Source: Candidatus Thermofontivivens primus
GTDB lineage: Bacteria > Sysuimicrobiota > Sysuimicrobiia > Sysuimicrobiales > Thermofontiviventaceae
Reading direction: 5' to 3'
Assembly (NCBI GenBank): GCA_031458695.1
Contig: JAVKJW010000003.1
Coordinates: 32,001-96,000 of the forward strand
DNA length: 64,000 nt
Made by a program: the position numbers and the translations under genes. Of this stretch, positions 18,214 through 28,393 are shown piece by piece. Position 1 is the first letter of the stretch. Each line of letters opens with the position of its first letter. The notes beneath the pieces were generated by a model. It ran no database searches and had not been told where the DNA came from. It was given only the letters and a program-made list of their open reading frames with translations.

Positions 18214-19320
18214 ATGCAAGATCCCTTGCCAGGATCTCTGATCCTTGTAGCGCATGCTGCAGGCGAGGTGAGATCCAGCCTCTCGAAGGCGTTTGAGGCC
18301 GAAGGGTGCCGTGTGCTGGCTGTGCAGGACGGGGCTGAGGCAGTGGAGCTGGCCCGACGGTATCACCCCCAGTTGGTTGTCCTTGACCTTGCACTTCCCC
18401 GTCTCAGCGGGTTGGAGGCTGCACGGATCCTGCGCGCGGAGATGCGGGTCCCTATCTTCCTCCTGGCCGATCCCGTAGATGATGCTCTCCGGTTCATCGC
18501 CCTGGCCGCCGGAGCGGACGACATCCTTCCCAAATCCACAGCAGCCGGTGTCCTGGTGGAGCGCGCCAGGGCAGTGCTGGGGAAGCGCTCTAGCCGGGAA
18601 GCAGGTCCCCTCCTCATGTGCGGCCCCCTGGCCATGGATCTCTCTCGTAGGGAAGTGACCCTGGAGGGGCGCCCCCTTTCCCTCACGCCTCTGGAGTTCA
18701 GACTCCTGCAAGTTTTCCTGGAGGCACCTGGCCACGTCTTTTCCCGTGACGAGCTGCTCACACGCCTCCATGACGTGACGGGGAGCACTCCCCTCGATAG
18801 GGCCATAGACAATCTCGTTGTTCGGTTGCGCCGGAAACTTAGGGACAACCCAAGACGCCCGCGGTTTATTGAGGCCGTGCGCGGAGTGGGTTACCGCCTC
18901 AGGGAGCGCGGGCAGGGCATGGTCCGCCATCACACCCTTTTCCAGGAGGCTTTTCAGTCCCTCCCCTTGCCCTTGGCCATCCTTGATGCCGAGCGCACCC
19001 TGATTTTGCTCAACCCTGCAGGGGAGCGCCTTATTGGGGTGAAGGCCCGGGAGGTTGTGGGGAGGGCCAAGTGCTTCGAGCTCCTGAGCTGCCATACGAA
19101 AAGAGGATGCCCGCTGCAGGAGGCGTGCTTGGGGATCCAGGCGATGCGTCAGTCCCTTCCTCACTTGGAGGCTTCCTACCTGGTCACCACAAAGGTACAT
19201 AAAGACCTTCCCGTCCTCGCCACGTACTGCTCCTTCCTCGCAGAGGGACACCCCCACTGCCTCATCGTCCTGAACCCCCGCTTACCCATTGGGACCTACT
19301 CCCGGAAAAGGATGCGGTGA
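18214..19320 (+). CDS. OmpR-type regulator: atypical receiver, winged HTH and C-terminal Cys-rich PAS domain
   Basis: VVLDLALPRLSG, LTPLEFRLL, RLRRKL...AVRGVGYR, then PAS (LNPAGERLIG...KCFELLSC...C...C). Confidence 0.85.
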   Translation: MQDPLPGSLILVAHAAGEVRSSLSKAFEAEGCRVLAVQDGAEAVELARRYHPQLVVLDLALPRLSGLEAARILRAEMRVPIFLLADPVDDALRFIALAAGADDILPKSTAAGVLVERARAVLGKRSSREAGPLLMCGPLAMDLSRREVTLEGRPLSLTPLEFRLLQVFLEAPGHVFSRDELLTRLHDVTGSTPLDRAIDNLVVRLRRKLRDNPRRPRFIEAVRGVGYRLRERGQGMVRHHTLFQEAFQSLPLPLAILDAERTLILLNPAGERLIGVKAREVVGRAKCFELLSCHTKRGCPLQEACLGIQAMRQSLPHLEASYLVTTKVHKDLPVLATYCSFLAEGHPHCLIVLNPRLPIGTYSRKRMR

Positions 19321-19331
19321 GCAATGGTTTT

Positions 19332-19406
19332 CTTACAGAAATCATATCGTTTTGGCACATTTTTATGCTACACTTTTTTCGTAAATCGTGATAAATTCGT
19401 TACATA
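19332..19406 (+). promoter_or_regulatory. AT-rich promoter region of bcrCBAD
   Basis: Extended -10 TGcTACACT (19366-19374) with weak -35; CTTACA-N5-CATATC tandem upstream; imperfect palindrome GTGAT-N6-GTTAC downstream. Confidence 0.5.
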
Positions 19407-19412
19407 TGCGCC

Positions 19413-20582
19413 ATGCGTGCAGGGGTTGAAACGGCGGAGGAGATCGTTGCCCGGTGCAGGGAGGTTGTGGAAGACCTCTCCTTCCAGACAGTGCGGGAGT
19501 GGAAGGCCCAGCACCCGAAGGCGCGGGTGGTGGGATGCTATCCCGTATACTCCCCAGTGGAACTCATCCACGCAGCGGGGATCTTGCCCGTGGGGATCTT
19601 TGGCGGCGGCAACCAGATCGAGATCGCCCACGCCGACGCCCGCTTCCAATCCTTCGTATGCTCTATCGTGAAGAGCACCCTGGAGCTTGGTCTCACGGGT
19701 AGGCTGGACTTCCTTGACGGGATCCTCTTCCACTCTATCTGTGACCCAGCGCGGAACTTGGCTTCGGTGTTCCAACGAAATTTCCCCTCGCTCCACGTAG
19801 ACTACATCCATTTCCCCCAGAACCTTGCCTCCCCACTCGCGGAAGTCTACCTTACGCAGGAGTATCGGAGGGTCCTCCGGGGGCTGGAGAAAATTGGTGG
19901 GCAGCCAGTCACCGAGGAGGCGCTCGTCCAAGCGATCTCTACAATGAACCGCTGGCGGAGCCTAGTGCGCGAACTCTATACTCTGCGCGCGCTTCAACCC
20001 CACCTCCTCCCTGCTGCGGAGCTGTACCCCGTGATCCGTGCGGGAACCGTCCTCCCCGTACAAGAACATATCCGGCTTTTGGAGATTTTCCTCGAAGGGG
20101 TGCGCAGGCGCGAGGGCAAGCCCAAAGATCGTATCCGCGTGCTCGTGGAGGGGTCGTTCTGCGAGCAGCCACCCATCGATCTTATCGCCTGTCTCGAGGA
20201 GGCAGGGTGCTACGTCCTCGACGACGACTTCCTTCTAGGGTGGCGGTGGTTCCTCGAAGACGTCCCTATCGATGGAGATCCGGTGCAGGCGCTTGCTAGG
20301 GCCTACATCCACCGCAGCGTCTATTCCCCGACCAAGCACGACCTAAGGCGTCGAAAGTCTGACCACCTTCTGGAGAAGGTACGTACCCTCGGCGCGGATG
20401 CAGTCGTCGTCCTCATCCCGAAGTTCTGCGAACCTGCCCTCTTCGACTATCCCTTGTACCGCCGGGCCCTGGAGGAAGCGCGAGTCCCGCATCTGTTCGT
20501 GGAGTACGAGGAGAAGATGTGGATCTTCGACCGGGTACGCACGGAGGTCGAGACGTTTGTGGAATCCCTGCTGTTCGATTGA
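19413..20582 (+). CDS. bcrC: Class I benzoyl-CoA reductase subunit C (BcrC/BzdN)
   Basis: PVYSPVELIHAAG, QSFVCSI, SICDPARNL, GSFCEQPP, KFCEPAL. Confidence 0.9.
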   Translation: MRAGVETAEEIVARCREVVEDLSFQTVREWKAQHPKARVVGCYPVYSPVELIHAAGILPVGIFGGGNQIEIAHADARFQSFVCSIVKSTLELGLTGRLDFLDGILFHSICDPARNLASVFQRNFPSLHVDYIHFPQNLASPLAEVYLTQEYRRVLRGLEKIGGQPVTEEALVQAISTMNRWRSLVRELYTLRALQPHLLPAAELYPVIRAGTVLPVQEHIRLLEIFLEGVRRREGKPKDRIRVLVEGSFCEQPPIDLIACLEEAGCYVLDDDFLLGWRWFLEDVPIDGDPVQALARAYIHRSVYSPTKHDLRRRKSDHLLEKVRTLGADAVVVLIPKFCEPALFDYPLYRRALEEARVPHLFVEYEEKMWIFDRVRTEVETFVESLLFD

Positions 20583-20594
20583 GGAGGCTCAATC

Positions 20595-21923
20595 ATGGCA
20601 CAGCAAGCGATGGGTTCGCGCTATCAAGGGCGTATTCACCTGCTCCAGAAGGAGCTGATGGGCCAGTACTTCCAGGAGCTCACCCAGGCGGCCGAGAATG
20701 GAGGCCCTCCCGCTGCCTACATGCTCATCAGCGGGAACCCTGTAGAGCTTGTCAGGGCGTTTGGCATGCTTCCTGTCTATCCAGAGGTCAATGCACTGCA
20801 GCTTGCGGTGAAGAAGGAATCCCTCCCCTATATTCTCCTGGCGGAGCAGATGGGCTACTCGGTGGACAATTGCGCCTACGTGAAGGCAGACATTGGTCTC
20901 TTCTTCAACGGGCTACGGGCGCCGTTTGCGACATTCCCCAAACCTACACTCATTCTATGCAATTATGTCGGGTGCAACGTCTACCTCAACTGGTTTGAGC
21001 ACTTGGCCGAGTACACCGGCGCTACGATCTTCCCCCTTGATATCCCCTTCATCCGCGACCCTGCGCAGGGCCCGAGTGAAGAGGATGTGGCCTACGTAGT
21101 GGGGCAGCTTGAGGAGCTCATCGCCGTGTGCGAGCGCCTCACCGGGAGGCCCTTGGACTGGGAGCGGCTGAAGGAGGTGGTACGTCTTTCCCAGCAGACG
21201 GGACAGCTCTGGGCGGAGATCAAGCACCTCACGAAGAATAAGCCTTGTCCGTTAGACGCCTACTTTGATGCCGTGACCCTCATGGGTCCGCTTTACTGCC
21301 TGCGGGGGACGGAGGAGGGCCTTGCTTTCTTTGAGGAGGCCTATCGGGAGGTGGAGGAACGTGTCCGACACAACATTGGCCCAATCCCGGAGGAGCGGTT
21401 CCGGATCGTGGTGGAGGGCCCCCCGCCATGGCCCTATCTCCGGACCTTCCGGGATCTGTTCGCTCGGTGGGGTGCGGTTGCCGTGGCTTCCACTTACTCT
21501 ACCGTGGGAGGGATGTGGGAGTTCGGTTTCGCGCATGATCCGGAAAAGCCTCTCGAGAGCATCGCGATGCATATGCTCTACTGGAATCTCACCAACCGCA
21601 GCCTCCTGCTGCGATACCAGCAGATCCGTCGCTACATCGAGGAGTGGGAAGCCGACGCGCTGGTGATCCATTCGGTGAAGAGTTGCCGGCTGTTCAGCGC
21701 CGGGCAGGGGGACATGCGGGAGTACTTCACCAAAGAATTGGGGGTGCCCACGTTGCTGCTGGAGTCGGACCTGGAGGACCCCCGCTACTTCTCCGAGGCG
21801 CAGATGCGCAACCGCATCGATGCGTTCTTTGAGTCGCTCGAGCATAGGAAGATCCGTGGGCATCCCGTCGAGGCGGCTGTGCAACACAGCAACTTCAGTC
21901 CAGGGGAGGGGGAGGCAAGGTGA
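20595..21923 (+). CDS. bcrB: Class I benzoyl-CoA reductase subunit B (BcrB/BzdO)
   Basis: [43 protein letters not shown]. Confidence 0.9.
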   Translation: MAQQAMGSRYQGRIHLLQKELMGQYFQELTQAAENGGPPAAYMLISGNPVELVRAFGMLPVYPEVNALQLAVKKESLPYILLAEQMGYSVDNCAYVKADIGLFFNGLRAPFATFPKPTLILCNYVGCNVYLNWFEHLAEYTGATIFPLDIPFIRDPAQGPSEEDVAYVVGQLEELIAVCERLTGRPLDWERLKEVVRLSQQTGQLWAEIKHLTKNKPCPLDAYFDAVTLMGPLYCLRGTEEGLAFFEEAYREVEERVRHNIGPIPEERFRIVVEGPPPWPYLRTFRDLFARWGAVAVASTYSTVGGMWEFGFAHDPEKPLESIAMHMLYWNLTNRSLLLRYQQIRRYIEEWEADALVIHSVKSCRLFSAGQGDMREYFTKELGVPTLLLESDLEDPRYFSEAQMRNRIDAFFESLEHRKIRGHPVEAAVQHSNFSPGEGEAR

Positions 21924-22720
21924 TCTACGCAGCAGGCGTGGATGTTGGGTCCACCCAGACCAAGGCGGTCATCATGGATGGGTCGCGGCGGATTCGCGCC
22001 CGGGCCCTGGTGGATACAGGTGCCAACGTCGCACGCGCTGCGGAGCGAGCGTTTGAGGCTGTCCTTCAGGAAGCGGGGCTGCGCCGGGAGGACATTGCAT
22101 TCGTCGTAGGGACGGGCTACGGCCGGTTCAAGGTCACTTTTGGGGATGCTCAGATCACCGAGATCAGCTGCCACGCGAGGGGTGCATCGTTTGTCTTCCC
22201 CGGGACACGGACGGTCATCGACATGGGCGGCCAGGATGCCAAAGGGATCCGGGTTGCCCCCGGCGGGGAAGTCGTCGATTTTGTGATGAATGACAAGTGT
22301 GCTGCAGGGACTGGGAGGTTCCTGGCTAACGCCGCCGAGGTGCTGGGGCTCCCCCTCGATGCTATCGGAGAAATCTCCCTTGCAGGGAAAAACCCCGTGC
22401 GTCTGTCGACGGTGTGCACAGTATTCGTAGAATCCGACATCCTGGCCTACCTTGGCCAGGGGAAACGTGTAGAGGACATCCTCGCCGGTGTCCACAAGGC
22501 CATCGCTGCGAGAACGGTTTCCCTGGTGCGGCGTGTAGGTATCGAACCCGAGGTTACCTTTACTGGAGGGGTGAGCAGGAACATCGGGATGGTGCGCGCC
22601 CTTGAAGAGAAACTGGGGCTCCACCTCAACGTCAGCCCAGACTCCCACTATATGGGAGCTATCGGCGCCGCCTTGTTCGCCCTTGAGCGTGCAGAGAGCG
22701 GAGTGCTCAGCCGGAGGTGA
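21920..22720 (+). CDS. bcrA: Benzoyl-CoA reductase ATPase subunit (short BcrA/BzdQ type)
   Basis: [41 protein letters not shown] (ASKHA activase fold). Confidence 0.8.
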   Translation: MIYAAGVDVGSTQTKAVIMDGSRRIRARALVDTGANVARAAERAFEAVLQEAGLRREDIAFVVGTGYGRFKVTFGDAQITEISCHARGASFVFPGTRTVIDMGGQDAKGIRVAPGGEVVDFVMNDKCAAGTGRFLANAAEVLGLPLDAIGEISLAGKNPVRLSTVCTVFVESDILAYLGQGKRVEDILAGVHKAIAARTVSLVRRVGIEPEVTFTGGVSRNIGMVRALEEKLGLHLNVSPDSHYMGAIGAALFALERAESGVLSRR

Positions 22721-22724
22721 AGCC

Positions 22725-23525
22725 ATGGTTATCGCGGGCATCGATGTAGGATCCCGGTATACCAAGGCGGTGCTCCTCGATGGCGAGGGGAGGATCGTTG
22801 GATCCTCGATCGTGCGTACCCGTGCCGATATCCCAGAGGTGGCCCAGGAGGCGTTAGACTTGGCGCTGCGGAACGCAGAGTTGGAGAGAGAGGAGGTCCG
22901 CTATATCGCTGCTACCGGCTTCGGGCGGTACAACGTTCCCTTCCGGGATGTACAGGTGACGGAGATTACGAGCGGGGCAAAGGGGGCGGTGGCGCTCTTT
23001 CCTCATACTGCGTGCGTCTTGGACATCGGGTTCCAGAGCACCCGGGCTGTGCGCGTCGAGGGGGGGAAGGTCAAGGAGTTTGCGTCCAACGACAAGTGCG
23101 CCGCGGGTGCTGGGGGATTCCTGGAGCGAGCGGCCCGCTACCTGGAGGTTCCCCTCTCCGAAATCGGTTCCCTCTCCCTCCGTGCACAGACGCCCAAGAC
23201 CATTAGCAGCATCTGCGCTGTCCTGGCGGAGACCGAGATCATCAACCACCTCACCGCTGGGGTGACCGTAGAGGACATTGTGGGGGGAATTCACCAATCG
23301 CTGGCCGCGCGGGCCCTGGCCCTTCTCAAGCGTGTCGGACTTCAGGATGAGATCACTTTCATCGGAGGACTAGGGCTACAGGAGGGAATGGTGCGGGCTT
23401 TGGAGGAGACCCTGGGAAGGAAGGTGAATGTGCCCGAGCAACCCCAACTGGTCTGCGCCCTGGGTGCAGCGGTTCTGGCTCGCCAGCGCCTGGCGCGCCT
23501 GATGGCAGTAGAGCGAAGAAGGTAG
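22725..23525 (+). CDS. bcrD: Benzoyl-CoA reductase ATPase subunit (BcrD/BzdP type)
   Basis: GIDVGSRYTK, NDKCAAGAGGFLE, SSICAVLAETEII. Confidence 0.8.
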   Translation: MVIAGIDVGSRYTKAVLLDGEGRIVGSSIVRTRADIPEVAQEALDLALRNAELEREEVRYIAATGFGRYNVPFRDVQVTEITSGAKGAVALFPHTACVLDIGFQSTRAVRVEGGKVKEFASNDKCAAGAGGFLERAARYLEVPLSEIGSLSLRAQTPKTISSICAVLAETEIINHLTAGVTVEDIVGGIHQSLAARALALLKRVGLQDEITFIGGLGLQEGMVRALEETLGRKVNVPEQPQLVCALGAAVLARQRLARLMAVERRR

Positions 23526-23574
23526 GCATGCGGGCCCCGCCTGAAGACGATGAAGCGGGGCGAGGGGGTGGGGG

Positions 23575-24240
23575 ATGGCCATGGCAGTGAAGCAAGAGAG
23601 CCTGCTAAAGGGGATCCTGGACGTTGTGGCCAGGACAAGGGATGGCGTCTTCGCAGTAGATGAGGCCCACCGGATCGTTCTCTGGAACGCTGCGGCCGAG
23701 GAGATCCTGGGCTACTCATCTGGCGACGTGCTTGGCCGGCCTTGTTATGAGGTGACGAAAGGTCGGGATCGCAACGGGAATCTCCTGTGTTACCCGGGTT
23801 GCCCCATTGCCTTCATGGCTCGCCGGGAGGAGTTCATCCGGAGCTACGACATGATTGCACGCTGCAGTTCGGGGGAGGACCGCTGGATTAACGTCAGTAC
23901 CATTGTTCTCCCGAGGGACAGTGGCCTGAACTGCTTCATTGTTCACCTCTTCCGGGACATCAGCGAGGAAAGGGCGCTCCGCAGGCTCGTGGAGCAGTTC
24001 TCCATCTCCGGGATCGTCCCCGCTGGGGGCCGTTCGCCGCTCGCTTCCCTGACGGCCCGAGAGAAGGAAGTCCTCCTGCTTGTGGCCCAAGGTGCTAGGA
24101 CGCGGGAGATCGCAGCGAAGCTGTACCTCTCCCCGCTCACTGTGCGCAACCATATCCATCGTATTCTTCAAAAGCTCGGTGCCCGGTGCCGCACAGAGGC
24201 GGTTGCTCTGGCAGTGCGGTACGGCCTGAAGGTCCCCTGA
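23575..24240 (+). CDS. PAS-LuxR one-component regulator
   Basis: WNAAAEEILGY...GRPCYEV...CYPGCP PAS domain; LTAREKEVL...LYLSPLTVRNH HTH. Confidence 0.9.
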   Translation: MAMAVKQESLLKGILDVVARTRDGVFAVDEAHRIVLWNAAAEEILGYSSGDVLGRPCYEVTKGRDRNGNLLCYPGCPIAFMARREEFIRSYDMIARCSSGEDRWINVSTIVLPRDSGLNCFIVHLFRDISEERALRRLVEQFSISGIVPAGGRSPLASLTAREKEVLLLVAQGARTREIAAKLYLSPLTVRNHIHRILQKLGARCRTEAVALAVRYGLKVP

Positions 24241-24453
24241 GTTCCCGACATCCAAGTGCCCCAGCAAATCTGGCTAAGAGATTTTGTTGGCGCCACTTCA
24301 AGCGGATGTCTCGGGAGGTTTGCCTTTCCAGCAGACCGTTTGGTTTTCCCCTTAATGGTCTTCCAAAATAGTACATTCGCACCACAAAAATTGGGAGAGG
24401 ATGTTCATTTGTTCTAGGAGCCACATTGGATACAATAAATAGAGTACACGGGG

Positions 24454-25686
24454 GTGAGCGATGTGAGGAAAAGCCAGATACTTATGGTGTTCCTCGTGGG
24501 GTTCATTTTCTCCACGACGGTAGTGCAGGCTCAAATGCCCCGGCTTGTCCTGGATATCAAGGTCGGCATCGTGGATACTTACAGCGGACCCCCAGCTGTC
24601 TTCAGCAACGACGCGCTCAATGGCTTCAAACTTGCCCTCAGCGACATCAACAAGGCGGGGGGTGTGTTGGGTTCCCGTATCACTTTCGTCACCCGGGACG
24701 AGAAGTTTTCACCCGAGACCGGGCTGAGCATGGCGCGGGAGCTGGTCCTCCAGGAGAAGGTCGACCTCCTCGTGGGCACTATCAACAGCGCGACCGCACT
24801 GGCCATCTCCGCCTATGCCCGGGAGCAGAAGATACCCTTCATCGTATGGATCGCGAAGAGTGAAGTGATCACAGGTGCAAAGGGCCACCGCTACGTCTTC
24901 TCCACAGGGGAGAATACGGCGATGGCGGGGAAGGCGCTCGCTCAGTTTGCGGCCAGCCGGCCTTACCGCAGGTGGTGGATCGCTGGCGAGGACTACGAGT
25001 ACGGCCATGCAATTGCCGACGCATTCTGGCGGTATATGAAACAATTGAAACCGGAGGTGACGCTAGCGGGGCAGACATGGTGGAAGACGGGCGAACCTGA
25101 CCTGATCCCGTACCTAACGGCGATCCTGTCCGCCCGCCCTGATGCGGTCTTCTTTGGGACAGGTGGTGCTGGGATGGCGAACGTCCTGAAGACCATGCGT
25201 GCCATTGGGTTTGCCGAGCGGGTCCCAACTGCGATCCACACTGCCATCGACTATACTGCTCTGAAGCCCCTTGGTCTGAATGCCCCAGAAGGGGTGATGG
25301 GCACTACTGACTACCTCTTCTACTACCCGGAGACCTCTGACAACCAGTCCTTTGTCCGCGCCTTCCAGTCAGCCTATGGAACCCCGCCGGGGTTCCCGGC
25401 CTTTCATGGATACATTACTGCTTACTTCATCGCTGAAGCCTTCCGCAGGGCGGGATCCCTCGACCGCGAACGGTTCATTCACGCCCTCGAGGGCTTGAGA
25501 GTCCGGACTCCGGTGGGCATGGTGGAGATGCGCGCCTGCGACCACCAGGCCGTGTTGCCCATGTTTGCGGGCGTAACTCAGAAGAGTCCCAAGTTCGATT
25601 TTCTTGTAGCCTCGAATATCGTCACCTTCCGTGGGCCCCAGGTGATGCCGACGTGCGCGGAGATCCAGCACGCTCGGGGGCAGTAA
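24454..25686 (+). CDS. Liv-type ABC substrate-binding protein (aromatic-acid-binding clade likely)
   Basis: Signal peptide, GGVLG, DYEYGH, MRACDHQA; heads a liv-like operon. Confidence 0.88.
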   Translation: MSDVRKSQILMVFLVGFIFSTTVVQAQMPRLVLDIKVGIVDTYSGPPAVFSNDALNGFKLALSDINKAGGVLGSRITFVTRDEKFSPETGLSMARELVLQEKVDLLVGTINSATALAISAYAREQKIPFIVWIAKSEVITGAKGHRYVFSTGENTAMAGKALAQFAASRPYRRWWIAGEDYEYGHAIADAFWRYMKQLKPEVTLAGQTWWKTGEPDLIPYLTAILSARPDAVFFGTGGAGMANVLKTMRAIGFAERVPTAIHTAIDYTALKPLGLNAPEGVMGTTDYLFYYPETSDNQSFVRAFQSAYGTPPGFPAFHGYITAYFIAEAFRRAGSLDRERFIHALEGLRVRTPVGMVEMRACDHQAVLPMFAGVTQKSPKFDFLVASNIVTFRGPQVMPTCAEIQHARGQ

Positions 25687-25735
25687 CGACGGTGAACGGG
25701 GCTACGCACGTCGCTAGCCGTTGAGGGGCGGAAGC

Positions 25736-26614
25736 ATGGTCTTGGGGTTCTTGGCAAGCCAACTCCTGGTTGGACTCAGCCGAGCGATGATCCTCTTCAT
25801 TGTGTCGGCGGGCCTGACGTTCGTTCTGGGCGTCCTGAGGGTGCCAAATGTGTTCCACGGATCTCTCTACATGATCGGGGCGTTCTCAGCGTTCAGTATT
25901 GCAACCCAGCTGGGACACCACCCTGCCAGCGTGTGGGTGGCATTCCTCACCGCACCCCTCGTTGTGGCGCTGATAGGGCTGGCCGTAGAGCGCACGCTGT
26001 TAACACGTCTCTACCAACGTGAGCACCTCATGCTCATCTTGTTCACGTTCGGCGTCACACTCGTCCTTAACGATCTCGTTAAGCTCGCGTGGGGTGCGGA
26101 CTACCGGTCGATTTTGCCGCCACCGGTCCTGCAGGGATCGGCCGTGCTCATGGGGGTTCCTGTCCCACGGTACAATTTGTTCCTGCTGGCCGTGGGACCT
26201 CTCGTAGCCCTGGGGATGTGGCTGTTCACTCATCGAACCCGGATAGGGAAGCTGGCGCGTGCCGCAGCCGTGGATCGTGAGATGGTCGCTCTCCTCGGCA
26301 TAGACGTAAACCACGTATTCGCAGGGGCATTTCTAGTGGGGGCCTACCTTGCGGGGCTAGGTGGGGCGCTAGTTGCTCCTTCTACAAGTATCACCCTGGG
26401 GATGGATCACACCATCCTTATTGAGGCCTTCCTAATCGTGACTACAGGTGGCCTAGGGAACATTTGGGGCGCGCTCCTCGGAGCGCTCCTCTTCGGTCTC
26501 ACTCAGTCCCTTGGAGTTTTGATCTGGCCCCAGTTCGCCATCGTCTTCCCATACCTCGCCACAGCCTCCGTTCTCCTCGTGCGCCCCAGAGGTCTCCTGA
26601 GATCAGTATGGTGA
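25736..26614 (+). CDS. livH: Liv-type ABC permease
   Basis: Multi-TM, NVFHGSLYMIGA, GGLGN. Confidence 0.88.
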   Translation: MVLGFLASQLLVGLSRAMILFIVSAGLTFVLGVLRVPNVFHGSLYMIGAFSAFSIATQLGHHPASVWVAFLTAPLVVALIGLAVERTLLTRLYQREHLMLILFTFGVTLVLNDLVKLAWGADYRSILPPPVLQGSAVLMGVPVPRYNLFLLAVGPLVALGMWLFTHRTRIGKLARAAAVDREMVALLGIDVNHVFAGAFLVGAYLAGLGGALVAPSTSITLGMDHTILIEAFLIVTTGGLGNIWGALLGALLFGLTQSLGVLIWPQFAIVFPYLATASVLLVRPRGLLRSVW

Positions 26615-27651
26615 AAGTCAGGCGTCCTGCCACAAGTGAGACATTGGCTGGTCGAACTTGGCCTATTGGATTTTTGTTGATCTTGATCCCCGCCCTCCTG
26701 CCAGCTATTCTTCCGATTTTCTATACCTACCTCCTTGCGTTGATTTTTGTGATGGGTCTCTTGGCAATGAGCCTAAACCTCGTCTTGGGGTATGGGGGAA
26801 TCTATCAGTTCCACCACGCTGTATTCTATGGGGTCGGGGCATATGCTGTGGCGCTGAGCATCACCCGAGCCGGTTGGCCTGCGCCGGTGGCCTTCCTCTT
26901 GGCACCACTGGCCTCAGGGCTTACAGGCCTATTCATCGGATGGTTCTGCGTTCGTCTCACGCGGCTCTACTTTGGTATGCTGCAGATTGCGCTGGGATCG
27001 CTCCTCTGGGTGATCGTGCTCCGATGGTATTCCATCACCGGGGGCGATAACGGGATCCATGACATTCCTATCCCATCTTTCCTGCGACAGATCCTCCCTG
27101 CTTATTATTTCATCCTGGCCGTGGTAGTTATCTCCCTGCTCGTCCTCTACCACATCGTCCGTTCCCCCTTCGGAGTCACTCTCCAAGCGATCCGTGACAA
27201 CGCACAGCGTTGCCAGGTGGTGGGGGTGAATGTCCGCCTGCACCAGCTCGTTGCCATCACATTGGCTGCAACCTTTGCTGGCGTCGCGGGAGCTCTCTAT
27301 GTTGTGCTCGAACGTTCTGTGTTCCCCAGTATGCTGTTCTGGGTCCTTTCGCTAGAGGTCCTGGTCATGTGCCTGCTGGGGGGTTGGTATACGTTCTTGG
27401 GGCCGATGGTGGGGGCAGCAATCGTGGTGACGCTCCGGACCACTGCAGGACGCTACACTGAAAACTGGACAATGATCCTGGGCATCCTCCTGATCCTCCT
27501 TGTCTTCTTTATGCCGGAGGGGGTGTTGGGGTTTCTGGGGAAGCTGATAGCGCGCGTGGCGCTACCTCAAGGAAGGCAGCAGGAGTTTAAGAGGGCGGAG
27601 TCCGCTCAGGCAGAGGAGAAGGTGATTCCAGGAAGGTCCTCCCATGAGTGA
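26608..27651 (+). CDS. livM: Liv-type ABC permease
   Basis: SLNLVLGYGG, TGGDNG, SPFGVTLQAIRDN. Confidence 0.88.
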   Translation: MVKVRRPATSETLAGRTWPIGFLLILIPALLPAILPIFYTYLLALIFVMGLLAMSLNLVLGYGGIYQFHHAVFYGVGAYAVALSITRAGWPAPVAFLLAPLASGLTGLFIGWFCVRLTRLYFGMLQIALGSLLWVIVLRWYSITGGDNGIHDIPIPSFLRQILPAYYFILAVVVISLLVLYHIVRSPFGVTLQAIRDNAQRCQVVGVNVRLHQLVAITLAATFAGVAGALYVVLERSVFPSMLFWVLSLEVLVMCLLGGWYTFLGPMVGAAIVVTLRTTAGRYTENWTMILGILLILLVFFMPEGVLGFLGKLIARVALPQGRQQEFKRAESAQAEEKVIPGRSSHE

Positions 27652-28393
27652 GATCCTTCGCGTGGAAGAGGTGACGAAGACTTTTGACCGATTTGTGGCG
27701 GTACAGGGGGTGAGCCTATCTGTGGAAGAGGGAACAATTGCCGCCGTCATCGGACCAAACGGTGCGGGGAAGACTACCCTCTTTAACCTCATCACAGGCA
27801 TCCTCCACCCTAACCGTGGACGGATCCTGTTTCAGGGAGAGGAGATCACCTACCTCCCACCCCATGTCATCTGCCAACGGGGGATCGGGCGGACCTTCCA
27901 GATCGCCAACGTGTTCCCGAGGCTGAGTGTTTTCACCAACGTGCAGGTAGCCGTGCTCGCGCACCAGCGAAGGAGCCTGCATTTCACCCATCCAGCTGAG
28001 CGCCTGGCCATTCGTGAGGCCGAGGTCGCCCTAGCTGCTGTGGGCCTGCTGGAGAAAGCAGGACAGGTAGCGGGAACGCTCTCCCATGGAGACCAGCGGC
28101 TTCTAGAGATTGCCATTGCGCTTGGGACAGAGCCGCGGCTCCTTTTACTCGACGAGCCCACAGCAGGCATGTCTCCCGAAGAGACGGTCGCGACGATGAA
28201 GCTGATCCGGCGCCTGGCCCAGGAGCGGGGCCTCACGATCCTCTTCTGTGAGCACGACATGGAAGTGGTTTTCGCTACAGCCTACACCATTATGGTCATG
28301 CATCACGGCCGCATTCTCGCGCAGGGCCCGCCGGAAGTTGTGCGCGCGCACCCTGAGGTGCAGCAGGCCTACCTGGGAGCCTCCGATGCTTGA
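27644..28393 (+). CDS. livG: Liv-type ABC ATPase
   Basis: [26 protein letters not shown]. Confidence 0.92.
   Translation: MSEILRVEEVTKTFDRFVAVQGVSLSVEEGTIAAVIGPNGAGKTTLFNLITGILHPNRGRILFQGEEITYLPPHVICQRGIGRTFQIANVFPRLSVFTNVQVAVLAHQRRSLHFTHPAERLAIREAEVALAAVGLLEKAGQVAGTLSHGDQRLLEIAIALGTEPRLLLLDEPTAGMSPEETVATMKLIRRLAQERGLTILFCEHDMEVVFATAYTIMVMHHGRILAQGPPEVVRAHPEVQQAYLGASDA

Noticed and set aside
19353..19368. sigma54 promoter TGGCAC...ATGC upstream of bcrC
   Set aside because: GG-to-GC spacing is one base too long, no enhancer-binding protein is nearby, and an extended -10 explains the region.
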